Both the position numbers and the translations under genes were made by a program. The notes beneath the pieces were generated by a model that saw only the letters and a program-made list of their open reading frames with translations, had not been told where the DNA came from and searched no databases. A stretch of DNA of 64,000 bases, taken from Owenia fusiformis (Eukaryota). The stretch lies in assembly GCA_903813345.2 (NCBI GenBank), contig CAIIXF020000001.1, positions 37,014,001 to 37,078,000 of the forward strand, read 5' to 3'. Of this stretch, positions 1 through 15,454 are shown piece after piece. Positions within the stretch are counted from its first letter, which is position 1. Each line of letters starts with the position of its first letter.

Positions 1-199
1 CACTAAAATGGCCGCAATTTTTGAATGAGTGGCCATTTTGAAAATCAGCTTTTGAGCAGAACTTCTACCCCCATGGGGTATATGGTTACAAAATATAAAC
101 AAAATCGAGCCAACGGTATTTGAGTTATTGCCCAGATGAAAGACGGATGGACTGACAGAGGCATTCCCTATATCCCTCCAAACTTCGTTCATTGGGATA
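1..199 (-). mobile_element. 5' end of a second HINE of the same family
   Basis: The reverse complement matches 46338-46545. Confidence 0.85.
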
Positions 200-390
200 C
201 ATGCAGTGAAATGCAATATTAGCCTTTCATAGTATTTTATCAAACTTGCAGATTCATTTAATGTAGACAAAAACTTTGTATTGTTGAATATTGAGAACAT
301 TCATTTTAAAGCATTAAGTGTCCCTTGGACCATGTCACCATACATGCTTTTGGTAATTTAATGTAATGTACACTTCACAAGTTGGTTTAC

Positions 391-3300
391 CTGGTAGCCC
401 TGAATCTATGGCATAGCTTCTCAACCAGACTCTCACACTGTCTATCTTTCTGGATAAATGAGAATAGGTATTTCATAATGATACGGAAGTTGTCTTCTGC
501 CACTCCGACATCTGGGTCGGACAAACGTGAGATGACATCTGGCATGATGTTGTACACAGCGTTGCCCTGGAAATACACAGCAACACTTTGATGATTCTAT
601 GTTGTTGTTATTTCAGTAAAACCTCTTGAAAGTGAACACTGCTGAGAAATGTGAGATATTGAATGTAAAGCCAAAATTATGTTATAAGCTTACTTTAGAA
701 AAGTGATCACTTTATTATGCACTGGATTTATTAAAACATTTGTTCAATATCTTTCATTAATGAAACAAACAATATGCAAACATTCTAAATAGCAATTTGA
801 GTAGGAAGCTTGAGCAATTTGAGTAGCAATTTGAGTAGGAAGTAGGAAGAACTGGTTGAAATAATTCAATACACATACCTTTTTAGCGAGTTCAAGGAAG
901 AAAAGCTTGGCCAGGTTTGAGATTCTTGTATCCTCATCTACGATGCATGTTGCTAACTCACTGATTTGACCTTTCACTTTGACCATGTCATTCAGAATCA
1001 AATGGGTGAGAACCATTAATGTATTCTTACGTACCATTGGTGAATCATCACGTAATCTATTATAAAACAGAAACATTTTCAACAATCCAGGTATATATCT
1101 CCTTTTAGATTACAGAATATTGGTTATATTCTGTATTTGCTTTATATTGTTAATTCATGTTTTTCATTGATTAAGTCAGCTTGCAAGAGCGAGGCTTTTG
1201 AAAACATGGGAGTCAATGGAACATTAAAAATCGAACTACACTCACAAACACAAGTTTCTCTGAACAATGCTGAGAAAGAAAGCCTTGTATTCGAGATGTG
1301 ATTTATTTAAAGAGAGAATCAGATCTAGTGAGCAGCCGAACAAAATGTCTATTTTCTAAAAATCCCCAAGTGCACACTTATTTCAGAAAAACTAACGATT
1401 TTTATGATAATGTATTATCTTTCTATAAGAATGGTTACCATTCTTATTATTTGGGAGAATTTAACCATTTTCACCCATTTTTGCACTTTGAATCCATTAT
1501 AACTTCACCAATTTATAACATATCATGAATCTTTTGGGAGATATTGTATTTGAGATGGTAAGGAATAGATTGGTAGGTCAGTTGTACATGTTACTTGTAA
1601 TTTTGTCACCCCCCATAGATCTGATTCTGTCTTTAATTGATTTTATCCTGATATGAACATATGGTGTTACATTTAGAAGCCATGTAATACATAACGAACT
1701 CACCTTGCATACAAATTAGATGTCCATGGTTCAATGAGGTTGGGGAAGCGGAATGTGAGGTCCCCCAGGGCTATAATGGTGTTTGCTCTAATTGCTGGGT
1801 TAGGGCTCTTCTCAAGCACAGTAAATAACAGCTGGAGGTGGCTGTCACAGAACTCAGAACTGGAACAACATAAATATAAATACATAGAAATACAGTAGAT
1901 GAATGTACCCTGCGTGCAGAGTCTAGTTAAACTACACTCTGCCTAGTAGAGACCATATTACAGTTTAGTAGCCCCGCCCCCACGACGGGTACCGGTGACA
2001 GTTTGGGTAATAAATCACTTCTGACCTACGCGCTGACCTTTCTTCCACTAATCAGCGAGCTTGAAGAAACATACGCCAAATGTGTTCTTATTAATATGCG
2101 CATGCCATTGGTCAATTCTGGGCTCAACGATGACGGCAGAAGGAATGACCATATATAGAACATCAGTCAAGATTGGCCGACGAACACTGATTGGCGCGGT
2201 GAGTTTACAGGTTTATTTTAGTTTGAAAGAGTGAAGACGAAGCTCTCTTTTAAGAAATGAAGTCAAACGAATGCAAAGAGTAAGATGAATGTAGTGATCT
2301 GGCCAGAACTGAATCACCCAGCTGAGCTTTGAGAAAAGCCTTGCATCCACTTGAAACCTTTGTTTTTAATCTTTGTTGCTAAGCTACAACAGCACCTACT
2401 CCCTAAAATGGAGGACATACTATGTATATTCCCTCGAATATATTTTGTTGAGATAGCAATTTTATTCATATAAAAATTGAGAGTGATTCAAGAATATTGC
2501 ATTATTTTGCTTAACTTCAAAAATATTTCCATGTACAGTTGGTACAATTTTTTTTATACAATACCACATAGCTTGTATTTGAGGACATTATGTTTCAATA
2601 TTTGATAATCAGTCGATGATTGAATTCTAAAATGTAACCTACCTGACCATCATAAACTTGGCAAGGGCCAGTGTAGCTGCAGTTCGCAGTTCTGGGTCAG
2701 GGTATTTAACCTGGTTGTTACAAACAGTCACTATGAGAGGCTTCAATACTGCCAACAAGTTAGAACCTACAATATCAAATCAATTATCCAATGACTTCTA
2801 AACTCTCTCGATGTATAAATATTTTGCCATAAAATAATTAACATTTTGAATTGAGTGGATATGACTATCAGAACAGATGAGAAAAAAGGTTTGAGCAATT
2901 AAACAAATATTCTATTTGCAAGGACTCTTGATTGACAAATTCTTCTGTTACCTGTAACAATGTCATGTTCACAGACTCTCCTGATGTACTCAGCCTCGGC
3001 ATCATCTGCTGTAGCACCAGCCAGTCCCATCTCTTCATCAATCGTCTCACCATTAGCAGAGTCCTATAACACAACAGTGATAAAGGTTAAGTTGAATCTA
3101 GGACTCAAAACACATGTTGACCATTCCACAGATGCTGACAATGATATTTTCAAATGATAACATCCAGTCATAATGAATTGTTTAAAATCATGCTTAGGAT
3201 TTTTATATGAAATGTATCTAGAATTCATCCTGCTATGCCTTTAAGTCACTCTACATATAATTTGGCCCAAAATCAAACGTGTTTTAAGTGCCTGTTAAAT

Positions 3301-6300
3301 GAATGGATAGTTTCTCTATATCCATACTAGTTAGCAGATCTCCTCACCTTTGCTTTATTCATAGGGGTTGCACTTGCACTATAATTGACCTTCATCTTCT
3401 TGTTATTTTTTTCTTCTTCATGAATAGCATTACGTCGCTTTAATTCACCAAAAACTGCGACATCAAGATGTACAAGATGACGTAGGGCTATATGGCCAGC
3501 CAGGGACAACAGGCGTGTAAGTATACCAGAAGGGCAGTTGAACTCTGTAGGTGACAACGATGCTCGCTCAGGATTATCTACAATTATATTGAAGAAATTA
3601 AATAAAACAAGACCTTCAAATATCAGATATGAGAAAAGCACTAATGTGATCTAAACTCCTTCAGGCTGACACTCTATTTCGCTGGATTTCTTGAAAACGT
3701 TTCTTAATTTTTCTATCATATTTTCCTTTAAAAAAGTAAAAAACTCTAAAATCATAAAAAGACAAGAAAAATACAAGGAATGACACAAATGTAAGGCATT
3801 TTAATTACAAGGCCCTTACTTGTATTGAGCTCCTGACTCTCATTAATGGTATCCAGCTCCATGTTTTCCTGAGAGGAGACACCACTTTCAGATGTTCCCT
3901 TAATCTCCTTGATTAATCTCATTACAATATCTGTGGCTATGACATCTGGGTGTTCAGCCAGCTTGTAGATAACATTAATGGCCTGCTCGCCCATTGGAAC
4001 CCAGAAGGGACTCTCAAGATTTGAAACCCCTATAAAACATTAACATTAATGATCATGATAATGTTCAGTATAGAAGAATTCACTATATGCATAAATATCA
4101 TACTGGCAAAACACATGAATGAATGTCCAATATTTGCTTTAAAAACCTAGAAATACAGCTCTGAGAAAAAAATACAATCAAAACAAAATATAATTTTTCT
4201 TATCACTCCTCACGATGGCAGATTTCGCAGTCCCAGCTGGCCATTTCAATTTATGCTTTTGACGCACGGAGTAATTGATAGATAGCGCTGTTTTTATAAA
4301 ATCGATAAACACGTGATAATAAACTGTACCAATTCGAGGAAAACTACGTCACAAATACGTAGGCGAAATATACATGCAAATCTTTAAATCTGTACTGTAC
4401 AGCCTAAAATACATTTTAATCCAGTCCAGCTGTTTGTTAGAGAATGAACTAGGCCTATACTGCAGTACTGTAAGTGTTAATTAATTTGTACTGATGAGGA
4501 AATCAAACTGGGCCATATGGGACAAAATCCCGGGATTAAATAATAAGTACGCCATCTTGTTTTTTAGCCCTCGCGTGATAGGGTTATTTAGACTCTTGAT
4601 CTCCCATAAAATTGTTAAGTGAGATAAATTAACAAAGTTGATTTTTTGATGAATCAAAGATCAAAAACAATTTCTGTGATTTTAATTTTTTAAATAAAAC
4701 CATAAATTTCTCAAAAGAACATCATAAAAGCGACGTATTACTCGCGTAATTCTACCTTATCTTTCACAGAATGTAACTTGAGAACGAAATGACGCCCGGA
4801 AAAACGGTAAAACCACAACAAACCTTGAAAAAAGTTGAATTCTGTACAGAAATCTTGCAAACGGAAGTCATTCTATGACAGAGTAATCACCGTTCCTACG
4901 GGGGCTAAATACTTGAAAATATGTTACAGCGACATCTATAAAATAGTATGAAAACCTTTTCATGTGGCCAGATCAGAGCACCAAATCGGACATCGTGCCT
5001 CATTTTGAGCATTTCATGCTCAAAATAACCATGGCAGTAGTGTCAACTTCTGACAAAAAACTATGTCCTTTTCAAATATGAATGAAATGCATCAAAAATG
5101 TGAAATATTATTGGACTAATTGCTATACCTGCAACCAGGATATCTGCAAGTCTTGTGAAGATATCATGGTCCTGAGGAAAACGGAATGGCTCAACAAAGC
5201 TACCAGCCTTTGCCTAAAGTTAATTACAACAAAAATGTTATTCTTATATAGTTATGTATAAGACTGGGAACAATTTTAATAAATTACATTATTCACAAAT
5301 GAAAGTTGAGCGACAGCAATTGAAATTGAATCGAAATTTTAAGCTCATGAACATAAATATTGCATATTTAAGATATGCCAAGAGGTCAAAGGTAAAAATT
5401 AACTATCACAATTAAATTCTTTCAAAAGTTTGACCTCCTGAAACATCCATTTAAGTTTAAGAATTACTCCAATTTAGCAACAAGTACTGCAATGGTGTTG
5501 TTACTATAGTACTTTACATCTGTCTTAAGACATTAGTTTAAGTATTACACCAAATAAACATTTAGCATATCCTAATGTCAATAAGAACTGTATAATTCAT
5601 TTAAATGATAAGAGTGAAACAAGTTAATTTATGCTCCATGTACCTTTTTTGTTCCTCCTAGTTTGAGCAAAGCAATACATGTGTCTTTAGCTAACTGGAA
5701 GTCGTTCTTGCCTCTTTCACCCAGTCCTTCAGACACCAGTACATCAACATTACTTTTAATTATATTCTCCTCATGCCTAAAACAAAGTTCCTTCATAATT
5801 ATTCTGTCAGACCATTTTTATTTTAAGGTAGATGAAGAGCAATCTTGTTGATGATGGCAGATTAAGGGAGGCTTTTAATGTTGTTTGAATTATTATTGTG
5901 AAGTATAAAAGAGGTGCTTACCCAGCAGCCATTCCTAAAAGCAAGAGAGCTCCTCTGCTTTCTTCATCAGATGTATTTGGAACCTTCTTAGCAAATCTCT
6001 CCCAAAGCATCTTGATGACACCACTGTCAATATCCTCGGATTTAGCAAATTCACACACCTGTCAAAGACAATAACATTTATGGATGTAAATTAGGTTGAA
6101 AAGATTTCATCTCAAGACATCCTCCTTTGATGACAGAAGTCATATAATGGGCCACTTAATGTTTCTCTATTATAAAACCTAGCTTTCACCTTTAAAATAT
6201 AATCAGCTTCACAAAAATAATTTCGAGCCAACCCATTAACTTTAGTTGTTAACTTAAGATCTTTAATTGTTAACTTTAGATTTTATATTGAGTTTGATGT

Positions 6301-9300
6301 TTAAGGTTTAACATTGTATTTTACTGGACTTACCATTTCCTCCAGTGAGGTGAGATCACCCAAGGTGGCCCCATATGTTAATGCAGTCAGGTTCTTTACT
6401 ATGGCCAGAGATTGTTGTCTGGAATAAAGATTCATCATTTCAATTATATGTCTTTGAACACATGTTCAATTTAGTATATGTTGATTTCTTCATTCATTTT
6501 CAATATTCTTGATCAGAATTCTATTCACTTCAATATAATAATACTTCTTCAACAAATATACATGTATTGAAATATGAATGGTTAAACATGTAAAAAATAA
6601 CATAATCACCTTGCAGTTCCCCCCACAGGTGATAAATAGAGTCTTTTGTAGGCAACCACTAGGGAATCTTTCACTGATTGTTCCTTGGACCAAATCAATG
6701 CCAACATACGGCGGATCCCTAGCATTGAATTGCTGACGCCAAACTCAAATGCTGTCACAAAGAATTCCATTGCCTCTAGAATGTCTGTGGTGTTCTTGGA
6801 GCCCAAAAGCTGGCAGATTACTGGTATAGCCTGCTGTACTTGGCCAGTGAATATCATACAGTCCTACAATGGTGATGACACATGTACATATTGATCCAAT
6901 GGTTTAAATATGTACACATAATTTTATTGAGGATTTGTCACTCACAGGCAGTCAACATATTTTAATGATAACTTTAAACATGTGTCAAGAGACTCTAAAT
7001 ATTTATGTATCTGTTCCCAGCCTGTTATGCCGGTTATATTGGGAAAGACAGGAGAAATGAGGAGTCATGAAAAAATCCATTCTTTGTGTGGAAAACCTCC
7101 TCCAATCAAATGATACTAAAAATATTAATAAAGATAATTAACACTTGTATTTACAAATAAATAAATTATTTAACACATACCTTGAGATATTGTACAAGGA
7201 CCTGTTGTTTGGCGAGTTCATTTGCTTCCTGCTCAGTTTGCTTAGATTTGTCTTTGTCTTCATTTTGGTTCTGGTCAGCTTTTGGGAGCTCGGCCATGCC
7301 TGCAGGCACAAGTGAATATTTGAGTCAAATTTAAATATATCAAATTTTTCCAGATAAGATTCTTTAAATTATTAATCTTTGGAATGGTGAAATCTTGAAA
7401 ATTACAGTACAGGGTTGCAATTATTTTTTATCAATCATGACAAATAAAAGCGACACATACATGTTTATTGACTGAATGCATGATGACAATAGTTCTCATT
7501 TCAGATTTTCTCAGTTTGTGATCCAATTTTGTAACTTTTCAAATTGCACTCACAATTCCCTGACTTTTCACAGAATTCTAAAACTCTCTGACCTGATTTT
7601 AGCCATTTTTAAAGGAAATTCAGAAATCCCCTAACTGGCAACCAGAAGTGGTTAACTAACTTCAGTCTCATTGAATTACAATCTTCGATAAGTTTTAAAT
7701 AAATCAAAATTCTCACTTACCCAAAAAGATAGATTTGAGACACTGGAGACATTTCCAAGGTTCGGTACCAACTGCTTCATCAGATTCAACATCCGAATCA
7801 TCTCCTTGTACATTTACATTACTTGGGTTGAAGAGATCATGCTCTGGCCACTGCTCCTTAGCCATCTGGGTCAGTTGAACGGCCTTCTTATACTCCTCAC
7901 TTGTGATGTTGTTGTAGATGCACTCCATAGCACTAGAATAGAATTATATAACTATGACATGATGGAATATTATTACCACCTTGCCGGGCCAGTTCTAGGG
8001 GTTTTAGTGCTAGTTTAGAAGGCATTCATTTTAATATATCGACCTGAGCAATATGTGACGTCACAATGGCGGTCAATACTGCCGGTCAAGAATGCAATTT
8101 TTTTCAAGAATGCATAAGGGCAAATTTCCCCGAGAAATTAGGTATCGTTCAGTGGGTAAGATTTTCTTGCTGTTTCAGTCCTAGTCATTAATGGTGGTAA
8201 TAATACTAATAACGTCATTTCTGCGAGCAATATAGTGAAATATTGGACCTTGGGCCTTCGAAATGACGTAATTGTACTATTCTACCAAGGATTGCACATT
8301 TCATGTTTTGATAGTTTTGTCAAATATTGGTCAAAATATAATTATTTTTTCATGATTTCTCTAATTTACATGTGGCTGCAAATGGATCTTTCAAGTGGGT
8401 GTAAGCTATTTTCAGAATCTAATTGAGTGCAGCAATCACCTGGTTCAATGCTTCAAATTCCATTGTTTTGCACTCTAATTAAGTCACGTTTCAAAGTACA
8501 ACTATGCTTACTTATCTATTGTTTCCCCTTCACCAATCTTGGGAGCATTATCTTCATCTTCCTCTTCATCACTTGCCTCCATAACAGCTTTAATAGCAAC
8601 CTCTATAGCTGATTCAACCTTTTGCCACTCTTCTTGGATCATAAGGTCATTTGGCACTGCAACAATATTTGAAAGATTAAGTTTATCTCAGCTGTATATT
8701 TCTATAGAAAACATTTTATGTCCTAAATGAAATAAAGAGTTTAAAAACCTACCAGCTGGGAGTGTTTCTTCAGGCTCCATCTCATGCAATTTCTCCTTTT
8801 CTTTCTCATAATTTGTTTTCAACTCTTCTAAGCTTAGCTGAAACAACATTAATATTCAATATACTATTACAGTGTAATAAAAACATAGGATCAAAACAAC
8901 ATCAGCCCTTAGCATAGGATTTGATCCTATGTATTAGATTAACTAGTAAATCATAATAATACAGGATAAACTAGCTGATACTGAACTACCGACATGTCAT
9001 CATGTTGCTGTTTTATTATGAAAAATCAAATTAGTCAAATTGAACAAAGGGATGTCGGATAAGGCAACTAAAGGTAAAAGGGTTCATAAACTCCCTCCCC
9101 TGGCTGGGGAAATACTTAAAATACTCTGACATCAACCTTACGAGATCCTCTTTAAATGCCCATTGTCTTGAAAAATATCTGCCACAATCAGAATATTTTT
9201 CTTCATAATTCTTATATTTACTGTTTTGCTGTTGGTGGTTTGTATTCACCATATTGGGAAAACTGAAACAACGTCGACTGATGAAAATAAGTGTTAAACT

Positions 9301-12300
9301 TTCCAATGCTTACACTTATAAACTTACACCAAAAAATGTAAAGCAAAACTTCATACACCAGCTGAGCAATTATTTTGTTGTTTTGTTGGTAGGTTTATGT
9401 CAATATTGAGTATGGAAGCTATCAATTTTTATACCCCATAAACATGAGGAAAAGGATTTCTGACACCCGTTTTAAAATCTCTTATACCTTATGTAAAAGT
9501 ACCAATTTATTGCTACGAACAAAATCTACAAAAATAAAATTAGTTTCCGAGTCAAAACCTTGCACCATAGCAAATCCTATAACAAAAGCAAGTTCATGTA
9601 CTATATCAAAAGCCAAATGAAAACAAATTCCTGAAGGTTGAAATACCTTCAATATAAAATTACCAGTGACATTCAGGTGCTGAAAATGATAAGCAAGTTA
9701 CTTTCCAAAATATTATTGCACAATTATCATAGGCATAGTCTCAAAATGTGCTTCACACTTAATTCTTCATATATGATCCCTTATGTTAGTAGTTGGAAAT
9801 GTGGAGAGTCCATTTTGGTAACAAAATATTGCAAATATCCTATCAAAGGTAACAAATTGGATTAACATGCACAAATTGATATTTACCTTAACTCTGAGGC
9901 AAACCTCCTGAAGAATTTAATTTATAAATCTGGTTTATTTACTGACAAATTGTGGCAAATCAAAACAATAAATGATCAGCATTGGATATATTACATGACA
10001 TCAATTGAAGCCTATACAACCAGGTGATATTTCTTACCTTTGCTGCAAATGGGTTACTACGCAACAGAGCTGTCACAAGCTGAATTGCATTTTTCCTCAC
10101 TGAACTAGACTTGTCCTGGAGTCGACCAATCACAAGCTCTACAACATGCTGTTGCCGCGGCAATGGAAGTGCTTTCTCCTTGACAATATTCAACCAGATT
10201 TGAAGGACTTTGCTCCTTGTGAACGCATGAACATCATGTATGTGATCCTGCAAATGCATCATAGTATAATATTGAATTGTATTGCATGTTATTTCTTCAT
10301 ACATGGTCTTTCTTTGTTTCTTATTAACTTGTGAACTGCAATTAATAAACATGCACTGTACCTCAAAAGCAGTTCATTTAACTAAAATATTTAAAAGAAA
10401 ATGCTTAAACTACTATTTGGTCATATAAGATGAAATGATAGCATATAACACAACACCGCTAATGTAGCCCCATTTTCTCTTAAAATTATCACATTTGAAA
10501 TAAATTAACAAACAAAACAGATGTAATCATTTACTTACCTCTAATTTGTCTAAAAATTGATCTCTAGTTGCTTTCAGTTTGTCATCTAGGTCTTCCTTGC
10601 TAAGTACTTTCATAACTATCTCCCCCATGACACCTACCACACCATTGCGCATCATGTATGACTACAATACAAGTAATCAAAACATAAATATAAAGTATGC
10701 ATAAAATGTATAGAGTTCAAATGATTATTAAATCCTGTAGTAACTGTTTTGCAAAAATGCATTGAATCTTGTCAGCTTCCCAGCTGAAGGTGGTATTTTC
10801 AACATCAGTGATTCAATTCTTTTTTATTTTTTACTCATATGATTTGACATTTTCTTTCTAAAAGTTTGTTATGTAAATCATAAGGAAAAGAGTAAGTGGT
10901 CTTATCCTGGCCCATTGGGGCATACCTCTCCATCCAGATGACCTAGGATAACACTGATGCTCGGAAGCATGATTGCTGGAATTCTTTCAGCAAGTTCAAC
11001 AAGGAAACCTGAATAGCCGCGAGTCCCCGAGGCATCCTTTACAAGATCCTGGGCATCTATCCTTCCAATTTCCCTGTAAAAATATAAACAACTGTTAGAT
11101 AAGGGGAAGTTTATTTGTGTACATGTTATCTATTTCACAAGTAATTTCACGAAAGATGGGTTTCCTTAAAATAGCCAGATTTTTGAATTTAACATTTGGT
11201 TGAGCGAAAATAACAATATAACAAATGTGGGCATGGTTTTAGCATAAACTTAGTGGCAAACATTTTTTACAGCTTGAACTAAGGGGCTGATAAGGTACTC
11301 AAAGTTTTTCTTACCTCATTATCTCACTAACAACAGTCTTAACCCCAAACTCAGTTGCAAACATTTGTACAGCTTGGGCTAAGGGGCTGATCAGATGCTC
11401 AAAGTGTTGCAGCAGCTGGACAATTTTTAAACTTGCACCTAAAACAAATTTTGATTTCAACCAATTAAAGTTCAATATTGATTTCAACTTCTACGTGTCC
11501 AACTTTTATACCTTTAAAATGTTTTCTATCCGATTGGAAATTATTTGAAACTAAAAAACAAAGCCTTTGCAAAGACCTAATATGAATAGTCACTCAAGGA
11601 AGACTATAACCTTAGGATAGTGAAATGAATGCACTACCACTATGCTATAGAGCCAACAATTCAGAATCTCCATTGGCTAGTTGGCTAGCCTACTCTTTGA
11701 GTAATAAATATGTAATATTCATGTATTTAAAGTAGTTATAGACAGAAAATGGAGTGTCATAATTTCTCACAGCATCATCTCGTTGCATATAGACATCATA
11801 GATTTATCTCTTGGAAACCCTCTCGGAAAAGGTAAATGGCGACAGTTTTTACAGTTTAACAACTTACTGAGTGAATGGTTGTGCTTCTTTATCATCATGC
11901 CTAATATCTGACAGATTGCGTCTCTGGTTGGTTTACTGCTGACACGAGATATTGTAGGATTCTCCAACAGTTTATAGCAGCAGCTTGTCACCAAACTACA
12001 AACAATATACAGAAGTTATTACTTTTAGGTATAGAACACATATAGACATGAGAATAGATATTGTATTTGCAAAACTTTAATTCATCTATCTGGTCAAATC
12101 ATCATAATTATCCCAACTTGATAAAGTGGTTATGCTGGGGATGATGCGCCCAAGAATTTTAGTTCAGTATGATGCACCCATTGAACTGGTTAAATTTTTG
12201 ACAATATTATTATTCTGAGAAACAATAAAAATATGTTGGAATCCAAAAAGACATACTTGACAAATTCTTCTTCTACCACAGGAGGGTCCCATAGTCTGTG

Positions 12301-14289
12301 TATGTTAAGTTGTAAGAGCTGAGACATAGCTTGCATAGCTCTCTCTCTCTCACCCTCCCAATCCCAAGACATATCAGCAGCTTTCTTCTTTTTGCCTTTA
12401 CCCTTAAATAACATATAATTAGTTCAAATAGTTGTTTTTAATTGATCACATTTCATTACAAACAGATCTGAACCAAACATCTGAAGAGTTAATTTTGACG
12501 TTTAGAATAACAAGTGACATACGTCAATTCCAAATGTTAAAATATTGTACATTTAATAGAAAATAATTGATAAATTGACAAGTACATATTTACATTGTAA
12601 AGTCTCTACTCATTGAGATCAAACTATGCTTTTGCTATAATATATGAAATACTGCATAAAACATGATATCAATGAGTCATTTATTAACATAACAAAACAA
12701 GGCATAAACATGAAAAATGTCACCACCTGCCCTTTGTTACAAATGCCGAATGCCAAAAATGGAGACCATAACGTGGTGACATAATAAAATGGACCTTTAG
12801 TTTTTTTTCTACATACCTTAGCATTGACTGTTACAGATGGTTTAGTTGCATCCGCTTCAAATATTTCAATAAACTGACACAGGAGATAGCAGTTCATTTT
12901 CAATGTGTTCAGATGTTCCATTTTTGAATGATGTTCAATGCTTGCCTCATCCAGCATGTTAGGCAGCAGATTAGCATGGGAAGACACTGACTTAATGATA
13001 GATTCCCATGCATCTTCTTTCACCTCATTGTCCACTTGCGAGAGTTGCCTGGAGCAAAATATCATCAATAGTATATTGCTTTCATATAAGAACAATAACT
13101 CCGATTCGTATTCAGTTCTTGCTTCATGACCACTGCCTATAATTGTGATTTCTAGAAGAATGATTTGATTGAAAATGAAGTTTTTGGTATATGTATGATG
13201 AAATGTACACCTCCAAATGAAATGTCATAATTCAATGTTATAATTCAGTATAAAATAAACAATAACTCCTCTATGTTCTCCTTATTTCTTGCTTAGTGCT
13301 TAGTTAACTGTTTTGTTTACTCAGTGACCCCTCAGCTTAGTCTAAATAATTTTAATTGATTTTCTTAAAATCCTTTATTGAAATGTTTATATTTATGTCC
13401 TCTAGATATAACCCAAGCCTTGGTCAGGCATTCCGGGGCTAAAATAACATAATAATTATGTGCTACAAAAAAATCTTCAGACTTGGACCAGTTGAAGAAT
13501 TCTTGCCTTTTTATTTTTACACAGTTGAAATGTTGGTGAAAGTGAAATTCATAGTGACTGGTGATAAATATGGCCAGATAGAAAATATTTTAGCCAGAGA
13601 GTTTTCAATGTATGTGGACAAATTTGGCTTGAGTGAAAAAAAATTCCTATTTGCCAGACTCTTGATATGAATCAATTTTGTATATTTTCTTTTCAAATTT
13701 ATCTAAAAAAAATTAGACTTAGGATAGGACAACTGACAAGTGTATAAAACATGATTAGACAAACGTACATGTATTTGTCTTGATCTTCTTTTTAATAACA
13801 AAATATGAAATTGTAAAACTAATATCACATAATTATCACAATAGTTATTATAAAATTACACTTCTGCTGGTAAAATAAAAAATTACAAAGTCAAAGAATC
13901 GTATATGTTGTGTCTTGAAAATGTTTCAACTTACTTGAGTATGCTATAGAATGTGTCAAAGTGTTGTATAATAGCTAGAGGGCCTTGTGATCTTCTGGCA
14001 GAGGAGTACTCTGAAAACAATTAAAAAAAAACATTGAAAACTTAATGACGCTAAAATAGTAGAGCGCATGGTAATGAAAGCTGTTTTTAAACTTTAAAGG
14101 TTGTATCTCATAACTGATTATATTTGCAATTTGCACAATCAAAAAATACTACAGTATATTCAATAACATACCTCTCAATGCATTTTGTAGCTGCCTAATG
14201 CTGAGCACCTCATCTACAACATACTGATTAACTCCTGTCCTATTCAACAGCTCCTCTTTACACATGGGGATGGCAAAGTCAAAAGACAT
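391..14289 (-). CDS. NCAPD2: Condensin complex subunit 1 (CAP-D2/Cnd1), multi-exon, 3' end beyond the left edge of the window
   Basis: GT-AG exons with consistent phases (5'->3'): 14289-14172, 14010-13935, 13048-12817, 12402-12257, 11995-11868, 11438-11315, 11073-10926, 10661-10539, 10247-10038, 8837-8753, 8656-8512, 7932-7721, 7299-7181, 6863-6610, 6418-6334, 6058-5922, 5776-5644, 5213-5129, 4029-3820, 3577-3348, 3063-2952, 2766-2643, 1859-1704, 1056-879, 566-391. Diagnostic CAP-D2 peptides: LWDPPVVEEEFV, DVHAFTRSKVLQIW, RLQDKSSSVRKNAIQL, IRANTIIALGDLTFRFPNLIEPWT, THLILNDMVKVKGQISE, GNAVYNIMPDVISRLSDP. Confidence 0.96.
2025..2290 (+). repeat. Dispersed repeat, also present at ~33705-33930
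   Basis: Shared blocks CGCTGACC..., ATGACCATAT, CTGATTGGC.CGGTGAG and TGAAAGAGTGAAGACGAAGCTCT. Confidence 0.6.
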
Positions 14290-14426
14290 GATTATGCTAA
14301 AAAGATAATTGAAAAGGATATCAGCTGATTGAACAATTGGTTTTGAAGCTGTGGTCAAACATAACAACAGAGGTGTTCAACTATTGGTGCACAATTCTAA
14401 GTGCTCGAGACTTACTCCAATCTAAC

Positions 14427-15235
14427 TAGCCTTGCCCAAGTCGGTCTCTTTTACTTATTTTGATTTCTATTATGACCGTCTTGTACCCAAGAGAAAGCCA
14501 CTTTACCGACCCAATGGTTGTGTCGTTAAAATTTGACCAATCAACAATGGCCCTGCAGCATTAGCTCATTATTATGCATGGTCAAAAACAAGTACACTTT
14601 TCACCAGGACTTTTCATGAACAAATCTTGCACGAATTCATCATGAAAATACAAATATTTAATCAGATAAATATCAATGATTTAGTGGATGCCGGAGCATC
14701 GATCGGATAACCAGAGCTGATAAGATTTCAACAATAAACGTTGAAACGATCGCAGAATTTAAATGATCGGATATGTAGGCTGAGATTCAATCACTGATCG
14801 ACGACTGCATGACCCACTACATGGACTAGGTCTTCGTGCATTTTCATCGCGAAATCAGTTTTAAATCAACAATGAATCGCATGATTTAATTTATATTAAG
14901 GACTCTTTCATTCCAATGTACATTTAATTACATAATATTCTAAAGAAACACTCGATCAGATCATTGAATTTCAAGTCGTAGACGGGAAGTTTGCTTTCTT
15001 TATGCAGGTCAACCAGATAACGTTTTGATTGGTCAATCAGCCTGAAGTCACACGTCGTGTCCACGCGATCTGTCAATCAATTAGGTTTCGCGATACCCCT
15101 GATAGCGTAGGTATTATGGAAATCTCGAAACCGTTGAATATCTCAGCATAATATCAGCAGAGATGTATTGGATTGTACAAGGCATTAATAATTCAAGATC
15201 AGATAAGTAAAAAAATACCGACTTGGGCAAGGCTA
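14427..15235. mobile_element. ~810-bp non-autonomous TIR element (hAT-like), family 1 copy A
   Basis: TIR TAGCCTTGCCCAAGTCGGT / ACCGACTTGGGCAAGGCTA; flanking AATCTAAC duplicated (8 bp, 1-nt offset); homologous to copies at 17057 and 27275. Confidence 0.85.
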
Positions 15236-15454
15236 GAATCTAACCAATAACTTAGAAATCATCACATGTGCAACACTTGCTGGAATTACACCATGCGTTC
15301 TAGAAAGGTGCCCAAGGTTTTAACCAGGTTTGAAAAATAGGTGTAATCACGACTTATTCGTAAGTTTAAATCGAGAAAACAAAATAAAATTGTGTCTGGG
15401 AAGTTCAACCATTTTGTTACATTAACGTTCTGTCAAAGTATCTAGTTGTGGAAC

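Noticed and set aside
391..14289. SCARNA10/U85 orthologue expected from human NCAPD2
   Set aside because: By eye I found no U5-complementary guide before a D box in these introns. A covariance-model search would be needed to exclude it.
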